From a virus, in the IMG/VR virus record IMGVR_UViG_3300025869_000003, positions 1-41,275 of that record: 41,275 nt of DNA; one strand, given 5' to 3'. Under the pieces are notes generated by a model. That model made no database searches, was not told where the DNA came from, and saw only the letters and a program-made list of their open reading frames with translations. This document shows positions 17,983 to 24,801 of the stretch, piece by piece. Numbering within the stretch: the first letter of the stretch is position 1; each line of letters starts with the position of its first letter. The translations under genes were made by a program, and so were the position numbers.

Positions 17983-18087
17983 GCAAGTGATCATCTTTCC
18001 TCGCTTGGTTAGGGATTTGTATTTTTCAGTTAGTAGTTTGAGGTTTTTCATCTTTACATACTAAAAATTTAGATATTATTATTTTTT

Positions 18088-18462
18088 ATGGGATTAATGA
18101 ATTGTACTGACTGTGGGGCAAAACACTCTGATGCTAATGGAACGATATGCCCAAATTGTGGCAGAAAACACAAAGTTGGTTTTTTTGATCTTTCGGATGA
18201 GGAAAAACAACAACAGGAAATCGAATCTTTGATCACACAAGAGCTTGATTATGTAACCGACAACTTTAATGATTTGCGTCATAAGTGGAGAGATAACCCC
18301 TATGCATTAGAGTATATTGATAAATTGGATAAAATGCGCGAAGGGAAGATGAGCTCGAAACAATTTGGAATTATGATTATGATTGTGGTGGTGGTTATAT
18401 TTATTTCGATTGCTTATTCAGTAATTTCAATTTTTTGGGACGCATTCTCCAAGACCTTCTGA
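18088..18462 (+). CDS. N-terminal zinc-ribbon protein with a C-terminal TM anchor
   Basis: CTDCGAKHSDANGTICPNCG followed by the C-terminal helix FGIMIMIVVVVIFISIAYSVISIFW. Confidence 0.6.
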   Translation: MGLMNCTDCGAKHSDANGTICPNCGRKHKVGFFDLSDEEKQQQEIESLITQELDYVTDNFNDLRHKWRDNPYALEYIDKLDKMREGKMSSKQFGIMIMIVVVVIFISIAYSVISIFWDAFSKTF

Positions 18463-18472
18463 TATATCATCA

Positions 18473-18892
18473 TCATTTCGTCGGAAAAGGTGGACGAGTT
18501 AGGTGTTTTTGAGCCTCAGACCTCGAACATTTTCGAGCTACAAATATTGGGATCGCAAGGTAGCAAAGAAGAACTACAAAAGCTCCTATCAGGATTCGTT
18601 TGATTGTGGTTGTGAATGATTCAAATCCGCTGGCGTGTTGCTCCATTCCCTTCTCGACCAACTTTTGTACATCGCCATGAGATAAAGCTGAAATGGTTTC
18701 TCTCGCCTCTTCAATTTCCGCATTACCTTTAACAACCTCACCTATCAATGCTCCACCTCCAGCTCCAAGAGCAGATCCAACTGGGCCACCTAATGATCCA
18801 GCTCCACCGCCAACTACAGCTCCCATAGTTGGATACCATTGCTTCATTGAACAACCAGCAAGAAGAGTCAGGCATATGATTAATAGTTTCAA
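18473..18892 (-). CDS. Lipoprotein with a glycine zipper and a C-terminal TM helix (unimolecular-spanin-like topology)
   Basis: Lipobox LTLLAGC after a TTG start that overlaps the sulfotransferase stop. It has the glycine zipper GAVVGGGAGSLGGPVGSALGAGGGALIG and the C-terminal TM ILIGAFVVLLCYLAIPIFVA. Confidence 0.55.
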   Translation of the reverse strand: MKLLIICLTLLAGCSMKQWYPTMGAVVGGGAGSLGGPVGSALGAGGGALIGEVVKGNAEIEEARETISALSHGDVQKLVEKGMEQHASGFESFTTTIKRILIGAFVVLLCYLAIPIFVARKCSRSEAQKHLTRPPFPTK

Positions 18893-19536
18893 AATGTGTA
18901 ACCTCCTAGCTCTACATCTCTCGCAAACAAAGTTGCTATTCTTTCGGCTAACTCATCGTCGTAGTAATTCCTATAATCGCCTCTTTTGGTAGTGTTGATT
19001 TTCTTGGGCTTAGGTAGTTTAGTGAAGGAACAAAAGTCATCCCATTGGTCTTCTATCCTGAACCATTTACCTTCGCCTTCTAGCCATGAATATTGGTCAT
19101 CATCCTGACCCCATGCTCGACAAGTTTTTTCGTTGTATTCAAACTGCCTTCCATGTCCATCTACGAAGAATCCACCATCCATCCAAGATTCTTTGAAACC
19201 TTGCTTTGTTAAGATTCCATGATCTATCTGACCCCAATCCTGATCTAGGTTTTTAGAAGCGTTTTTAAGGTTGTAGGTATAAATTGATAATGCCCTATCC
19301 CAAGGATTCCGTAACAATGCAACTGGGGTTAATCCCTTTACTTCAGGACGCTCTGACCAATAGTTCCATTTGTTATGATGAGCCTGAGGTTTAACCTCAA
19401 ATGCATCGACTTGGTAATGAGATCTTTCGCTTTCAAAATCAGGATTACTATACCTGAGAAAAGGAGCCTCTACAGATGTTCCAGCATTCTTGGGAACATG
19501 AACAAAAGCCCAGGTATTTACCTTGCTATATAGCAT
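18889..19536 (-). CDS. Sulfotransferase (Sulfotransfer_2-like, PAPS-dependent)
   Basis: FVHVPKNAGTSV is a 5'-phosphosulfate loop of the hiPKtgGTS type. LLRNPWDRALSIY is a 3'-phosphate motif of the RdPxxRxxS type. The C-terminal NTTKRGDYRNYYDDELAERIATLFARDVELGGY matches the family's tail pattern. The ATG at 19536 is preferred over the TTG at 19542. Confidence 0.7.
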   Translation of the reverse strand: MLYSKVNTWAFVHVPKNAGTSVEAPFLRYSNPDFESERSHYQVDAFEVKPQAHHNKWNYWSERPEVKGLTPVALLRNPWDRALSIYTYNLKNASKNLDQDWGQIDHGILTKQGFKESWMDGGFFVDGHGRQFEYNEKTCRAWGQDDDQYSWLEGEGKWFRIEDQWDDFCSFTKLPKPKKINTTKRGDYRNYYDDELAERIATLFARDVELGGYTF

Positions 19537-20329
19537 TGGCAAACTCCTTTAGTTCGTCCGGCAACTTGGGAAATATGATCTCTTTCAATAGATCATATCC
19601 TTTGATTAGCCCTTTATCGGCATGAGCATAAGTTTCAGGGAAGGAATGGAAATGAACTGACTTAACCTTATCCCAATTTTCAACCGAATCCTGAAGACTG
19701 AGATTCCCACGATTCCATGTTTTAGCGAATCTCCAAAAACCAACATTATGATTCTTGCTAAATGTCCTTATGTCGAATTGCTCGAACATATGGATCAAAC
19801 CCTCTTGTTCATAGAACTTAGATCGAGTTAGATAGACATCTCTCCACGCTTGTGGAAAGTCTTTTGATTTTGTCCAAAGGTAACCAGCATTGAACGCTCC
19901 ATATGTTCGGTTTTGCTTTACCTTATCCTCAACATGGAAGTGAGGTGAAATCATCAATTCCATTGATCGATCAATATCCTCATTGATAGGCTTTATCAAA
20001 ACTATGTCGGCATCAACAAAGGTAGTTTCATCAGTTGATTTTAATGCCCACTCGATGCAATCCATTTTGGATAAAATGATAGATTTGGAATGAAAATCAT
20101 TTTGGTCTACCACATGACGAACAAGCCTATCTTTACGCTCTAAGTTTTCAGGCTCAAGATTGACTCTATACTCGATATTTTTGAACCTAAGACTTTCCAA
20201 GAAAGTCTTAGTTGATATATCGCAAGATACGAATACCGGGCAGTCGTAGAACTGACGAATGCTTTTAATGAGCAAGGCGACTTCTCGCTTTGCCCTATCG
20301 TTAGCGCAGACTGAGAAGGATTTGATCAT
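19526..20329 (-). CDS. Glycosyltransferase, GT-A fold (GT8-like) candidate
   Basis: DxD motif FVDADIVLIKPI, downstream GAFNAGYLW (compare the GT8 fNaGv motif), and an N-terminal beta-alpha start FSVCANDRAKREVALLIKSI. It forms an ATGA overlap with the upstream gene. Confidence 0.5.
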   Translation of the reverse strand: MIKSFSVCANDRAKREVALLIKSIRQFYDCPVFVSCDISTKTFLESLRFKNIEYRVNLEPENLERKDRLVRHVVDQNDFHSKSIILSKMDCIEWALKSTDETTFVDADIVLIKPINEDIDRSMELMISPHFHVEDKVKQNRTYGAFNAGYLWTKSKDFPQAWRDVYLTRSKFYEQEGLIHMFEQFDIRTFSKNHNVGFWRFAKTWNRGNLSLQDSVENWDKVKSVHFHSFPETYAHADKGLIKGYDLLKEIIFPKLPDELKEFANAI

Positions 20330-20982
20330 ATGTTTCTTTGAGCAAGATTTAGATTGGTAGTATGATATGAAGGATAGGTATTAACTGAGACTTTGTTTTG
20401 AGATTCGATTCGCTCAAATCTTTCCATTGCCTCTGCTAGATACTCTTGAGCTTTTTGTAGTTCGACTAATGCTTTGTCGCTTTGCCCATCTGCCAAGAAA
20501 TGGTCATGCATTGCGTAACTAAGTAACGCCCACTCCATGAATGCCGGAATATCTGTCCTACCTTGACCTGAAAAATATCCCTCTCCGTAGTCGTCTGCTG
20601 GAACCTTCGATCCCACCACAAATACAGATGTGGCTGTAGTTGATCTTGGTAGAACTAAATAACCATCGATCAAAGTGTGATCGATTCGTATAGCTCCGGT
20701 ATCTTCATATGGGTTTTTGTTATAAACCCCGAAGACATCATAGAGATCAATAGCATCATCTATTCTGACAGCATTTTCAGCTTTTAAGGTATCGGTACTA
20801 ATTACTTGAATTGTCTTTTCGACAACTACCAACAGATCACTCCACTTTGCCTTCACCCAAATCTGTTTTATTCGGTGATTGAGTGAATTACTGAAATCGG
20901 TTTTTTCCGAATCCAGCAACAAGTCTACACCTCTTAATGAAGTGTATTTCTTAAGTAGATCTTGGTAGGTAATCGTCCTCAC
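20326..20982 (-). CDS. Virion structural protein (218 aa; head-tail adaptor / tail tubular A-like by position)
   Basis: The call rests only on its position downstream of the capsid gene and on a GTG start overlapping the upstream stop (GTGA). Confidence 0.3.
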   Translation of the reverse strand: MRTITYQDLLKKYTSLRGVDLLLDSEKTDFSNSLNHRIKQIWVKAKWSDLLVVVEKTIQVISTDTLKAENAVRIDDAIDLYDVFGVYNKNPYEDTGAIRIDHTLIDGYLVLPRSTTATSVFVVGSKVPADDYGEGYFSGQGRTDIPAFMEWALLSYAMHDHFLADGQSDKALVELQKAQEYLAEAMERFERIESQNKVSVNTYPSYHTTNLNLAQRNI

Positions 20983-21236
20983 ATTTTCATCTCATCGTTG
21001 TCCCTACGAAGCTCTCTCATGTAGCTTTCATCTGAAGTACAACCTGGGTTTTCAGCTTCATGACGAAAGTAGGTTCGGGCATCGTAAACGCCCTGAACTT
21101 TCATTCCTTTGGGTAGCTGGATATTTTCGGCTTCCTTGCGGATCCTTCGTGATCTCTCCTTATAGGTCGCTTTCTCACGAATGACAGCTTCCTCGTTTTG
21201 CTTGGACATATAATGAGCTAGTTCCTCGTCACTCAT
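20979..21236 (-). CDS. Hypothetical protein (85 aa from MSDEELAHY)
   Basis: The ATG at 21236 is preceded by aaggtgga. The longer 21275 start lacks an SD. Confidence 0.5.
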   Translation of the reverse strand: MSDEELAHYMSKQNEEAVIREKATYKERSRRIRKEAENIQLPKGMKVQGVYDARTYFRHEAENPGCTSDESYMRELRRDNDEMKM

Positions 21237-21294
21237 TTTTCGTCCACCTTTTCTGACTATTATATTTAAAGACATGATTTATAGATGCGACTAA

Positions 21295-21321
21295 GGCTGA
21301 GACCGCTACGCAGTCCCAGCC
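21295..21321 (-). terminator. Hairpin just downstream of the capsid gene (attenuator/terminator candidate)
   Basis: Arms ggctgagac / gtcccagcc form a 9-bp stem, with one G-U pair when read on the - strand RNA, and a 9-nt loop. It lies in the 21237..21346 intergenic gap. Confidence 0.4.
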
Positions 21322-21346
21322 CTTGCCATTGGTTAAAATTTAAAGA

Positions 21347-22375
21347 TTAAACTGAGATGATTGATCCCAATGCTCTTGGGTTCAAAACACACAAGGTAAG
21401 AATCGCCCTAGTGAGAAAACGCTCACCGCCTCCACCAACATCAGGAAGATCCTGAACTGATATAGGCTGAAGCATTTTGAGACTTACATTGTCATCTTCA
21501 GGAATAAGAACTCCCGATTTCTTTGATAATGCGGTAAGTCCCGATCCACTCGTCCTGTTAATAAAAAGGTCAGGAATCACTACGATTTTTCCGTAATCTC
21601 CGATGATTTCTACAACAGAGAGGGTCAAAGTAGTACCTTGAATATTTGCATCAAAGTTTGCCTGAGTTCCTCCAACGATATTGGTTGCTCGACTGAATCC
21701 AGTAAGAGCATTCATGATCGAACTTCCGCAGAACAAGCGGTAGTTTTGGGCTTTACCTCCAGCCTCGTATATAGACTGAACAACAGTCCGAAACGCACCT
21801 TCGGTGAGAGTTCCTGATCCGTGTCTACTTCCGCTTACCGATCTAAATCCTTGCTTTGCAGTAGTACTGAAAAACCCACTAGTCGATGCTGGATCTGTAA
21901 CATGAAGAAGACCTGACATTTTTGAGCCAGCAGTAGAGGATCCAGCAGATTGTACATTAGAAGATCCGATTGCACCTTCTATGTCAGTTTTGAGCTGGGT
22001 CAAAACCCTAGCTTTTGACGCCGCCAAAAGTGAGGTCTGTGGGCCACTTACATCGATAGCCTCTGCGATAGGACTAACACTCGATTGTCTCTGAAAGGTT
22101 TGAATTAAGTTTCCTAATCGTACGCGATTTGCAATTTCATCTGTGTAAGAAGCAGAAGGAAATGCTAAATCTGCTCCATCGATTGGAGGAGTTCCAAATG
22201 ATGGATTGTCGAGAGTATCTGCAATCCAGCTTGTTTCGACCGCTTTTGGCGCGGCTGATTGTGGGAGAAGAGAGTACATTGGAGTGTCTTCGGGTGCGAC
22301 ACGTTTGAGTTGGTTGCTGAGGTCTTCCCTCGCCCCCTGAACTGAAGTTATTCCGTATGATGTTGCTTGAGCCAT
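21347..22375 (-). CDS. Major capsid protein (HK97-fold type)
   Basis: 342 aa, directly after the scaffold-like gene. The N terminus GAREDLSNQLKRVAPEDTPMYSLLPQSAAPKAVETSWIADTL matches the R.EDL...I..i.p.dTP......a.....eW..D.L start I associate with podovirus capsid families. Confidence 0.7.
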   Translation of the reverse strand: MAQATSYGITSVQGAREDLSNQLKRVAPEDTPMYSLLPQSAAPKAVETSWIADTLDNPSFGTPPIDGADLAFPSASYTDEIANRVRLGNLIQTFQRQSSVSPIAEAIDVSGPQTSLLAASKARVLTQLKTDIEGAIGSSNVQSAGSSTAGSKMSGLLHVTDPASTSGFFSTTAKQGFRSVSGSRHGSGTLTEGAFRTVVQSIYEAGGKAQNYRLFCGSSIMNALTGFSRATNIVGGTQANFDANIQGTTLTLSVVEIIGDYGKIVVIPDLFINRTSGSGLTALSKKSGVLIPEDDNVSLKMLQPISVQDLPDVGGGGERFLTRAILTLCVLNPRALGSIISV

Positions 22376-22396
22376 AGTAGTATAAAAGTTTGTTTG

Positions 22397-23377
22397 TTAA
22401 GTTAGAAATTCTGCAAATTGGCGGACTGATACATTGCCTTTTCCTAGAGCCTTTTCTTTCGCTTTCTGCTGTCTAACTTCCTTCGACTGAACTGGTGGAG
22501 CTACCGCTCCCCCTTCATCAGGTGGTGGGCTTTGAGGTTTCTTAGCTTTAGGTTTTGTTTTCTGTTCTGCTTCGATTGCCTCAATTCCTTTACATAGGAC
22601 TCCAGCTACAAAATCTCCATTTGGAAGGTTATCCAAAATCGTTTTGTATTGAGGAGCTTGCCTGATCTGAACATACCTTTCATATTCGGAGCCTTCGGCT
22701 TCGTATATGTAGGGAAACATTTTGGCAGTATCTTCTGCCCAAGCTTGTTTCTCTTGTAGATATTTTGCCCTTTCGGGTATCCGTTCTGACAAGTGATCTT
22801 CAGCTTCAGTTAAGATGTTCCGGATGTCCTGATCTTCGTATTCCTTGCCGTCAATTTCAACATAGTCACGACCAATGTTTTGCATTGCCCACTTCTTTGC
22901 TGAAAGAGCCTCTTTTCTCAGAGCTTCCAAATCCTCCAAAGAATTTACTTTGTCTAGAGCTGGTTTCTGATCTTCGGTCTCTTTTGCTGGCGAAGACTTT
23001 AATGATTGGATCTCTTCCTTTAGGGATTGTACTTCTTCCTCTGCTCCTTTTGCGCGAGCGGTAAGACGTCCAATCTGCTTAATAGCTTTTGATAATCCCT
23101 TTGGTTGAGGTTCATCCGATTCCTCTGTTTCCTCTTCTTCAGATTCATCCTCGGTTTCGGTGTTAGACTGGGAAAGAACTTCTGACTCCTCTTCTTCCGC
23201 ATCTACGACTTCTGTTTCCGTAATATCATCTGTCGCCTCGGTTGAAGACTCATTCGCGTTGGTTTCGACTTTCTCCATGAATGAAGAAGCAAAATCCTCC
23301 AGCGAAAGATTGGTGTTAGCATTAGTGTCTACTTCGTTTTCAGCGGAAGTCTCGCTGGTAATATCTGTATTTTCCAT
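22397..23377 (-). CDS. Scaffolding protein
   Basis: It lies between portal and capsid. It has an extremely acidic N-terminal third, coiled-coil-like segments (LKEEIQSLKSS) and a basic C terminus. Confidence 0.55.
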   Translation of the reverse strand: MENTDITSETSAENEVDTNANTNLSLEDFASSFMEKVETNANESSTEATDDITETEVVDAEEEESEVLSQSNTETEDESEEEETEESDEPQPKGLSKAIKQIGRLTARAKGAEEEVQSLKEEIQSLKSSPAKETEDQKPALDKVNSLEDLEALRKEALSAKKWAMQNIGRDYVEIDGKEYEDQDIRNILTEAEDHLSERIPERAKYLQEKQAWAEDTAKMFPYIYEAEGSEYERYVQIRQAPQYKTILDNLPNGDFVAGVLCKGIEAIEAEQKTKPKAKKPQSPPPDEGGAVAPPVQSKEVRQQKAKEKALGKGNVSVRQFAEFLT

Positions 23378-23512
23378 AATTTCTGCGTTTAACTGGAGTT
23401 CGCACTCTCTCTACGAGCGGATGCTCGTCATTACTCAGTATGCAGAAATTAAAGGCTCAAAGCTCAGAGTTGAAATATTGACGAAAAATTAGGAAAGTGG
23501 TTTGTTGGATAG

Positions 23513-23935
23513 ATGAGATTTACATTAATCATTCTTTTTATAACTACATTCATGATTGGCTGTATGTCGGAACAGCAAAAGAAAGAAAATAGCCAAGCCT
23601 TTTGGCTCATGATGGAGGAGTCAAAACAAGCCAAGTCAGATTTAGAGGCAAAATTCGTCGAAGGTGGACTTGAATCACTTTTTAAAAGAAGATTTGGAAA
23701 TGAGGAATCGATAACACTCCGTGAAGTTATTAAATTTATTGAATACCACTTTGAAGACGAAATTAATGACGCTGTTCGCCAATCTTATCTTAGTCACTTC
23801 AAACTTTCTGAACAAAGAAATCGTAGGATGACCGATGACTTAATTCAAATAATGCTAGATGGCGCAAAAAAATCTGTTGATAAAACTGTCTACGAAATTG
23901 CCAAGGATTTAGTTAAAAAGGGAGGATTCCTTTAG
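23513..23935 (+). CDS. Lipoprotein (140 aa), moron-like
   Basis: Signal peptide plus lipobox MRFTLIILFITTFMIGC. The gene lies opposite to the late operon. Confidence 0.6.
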   Translation: MRFTLIILFITTFMIGCMSEQQKKENSQAFWLMMEESKQAKSDLEAKFVEGGLESLFKRRFGNEESITLREVIKFIEYHFEDEINDAVRQSYLSHFKLSEQRNRRMTDDLIQIMLDGAKKSVDKTVYEIAKDLVKKGGFL

Positions 23936-24139
23936 ATGAAAAACAAAACTATCTTTTTTTTCGTTATGCTTATAGTTGGGTGCGGAGAAAGTGATAGGGA
24001 GAGACCTGATTATTACGAAAATGATTACGATTGGGGGTATGAAAATGGAAGCGATGATGGATACTCTTCAGGCTGGGACAAAGGGTATGAACAAGGTTAT
24101 CTAGATGCAAAAAAGGGGAAGGGTCAAATTAACCGATAG
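23936..24139 (+). CDS. Small lipoprotein (67 aa) with GY-rich repeats
   Basis: Lipobox FFFVMLIVGC, a gggagga SD upstream, and the repeat DWGYENGSDDGYSSGWDKGYEQGY. Confidence 0.6.
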   Translation: MKNKTIFFFVMLIVGCGESDRERPDYYENDYDWGYENGSDDGYSSGWDKGYEQGYLDAKKGKGQINR

Positions 24140-24141
24140 AT

Positions 24142-24348
24142 TCACTCCGACTCATAAGTGAGTGATTTGATAATCCGATCAACGGATGCAATTTCTCCAC
24201 CTAGTCGAGCTAAAGCTTGGGGATTTTCTAAAACCTCAGGCTGGTGAAAGTCATTAATTAAGACTTCTCTTTCCTTGGATAGATTTTCAAGAATCACCTT
24301 AAAATCATCGTTATGCCTTAATGCTTTTACTGCTTCTGCTAATGTCAT
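24142..24348 (-). CDS. Hypothetical protein (68 aa)
   Basis: This is the only - strand ORF filling the gap between the two + strand genes. No motif was recognised. Confidence 0.45.
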   Translation of the reverse strand: MTLAEAVKALRHNDDFKVILENLSKEREVLINDFHQPEVLENPQALARLGGEIASVDRIIKSLTYESE

Positions 24349-24354
24349 TTTTAT

Positions 24355-24765
24355 TTGTTAGGAAATATGTTTAAGGCTATTAAAATTAATATGAAAAAGT
24401 TTTTTAAAAATCCTTGGATGAGAATTTGGTTACTTTGTAGTTTTCTGTGGATAGTAGGATTTAATGTTTGGTGTTATTATAGTTGGGAAAAAACAGCTTC
24501 AGTTGCTAAATTATTACTCGCTCAACAGGAAGAAGCTGGCGTAACTTATTCACGGGAGGTAAGCTCGGAAAATAGGATTAAGTATGATAATTATTGGCTA
24601 TTCTATGTTGCTAAGGGGAGCTTTAGCTTGAGCTTTAGTGTACTCGACTCACAATTTGGAATACATTGGTTCTATATATCGTGTTTTGGCCCAAGTGTGG
24701 TTGGTTTAATTTTTATATATGGATTGCGGTGGATCATTGTTGGTTTTAAGTCACAGACAACTTGA
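24355..24765 (+). CDS. Polytopic membrane protein (start uncertain: TTG 24355, ATG 24367 or ATG 24391)
   Basis: Hydrophobic helices IWLLCSFLWIVGFNVWCYY and WFYISCFGPSVVGLIFIYGLRWIIV. Confidence 0.5.
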   Translation: MLGNMFKAIKINMKKFFKNPWMRIWLLCSFLWIVGFNVWCYYSWEKTASVAKLLLAQQEEAGVTYSREVSSENRIKYDNYWLFYVAKGSFSLSFSVLDSQFGIHWFYISCFGPSVVGLIFIYGLRWIIVGFKSQTT

Positions 24766-24801
24766 TCTGTTTATAGGAGTGATAGTTATTTAATAATTCT
24801 G

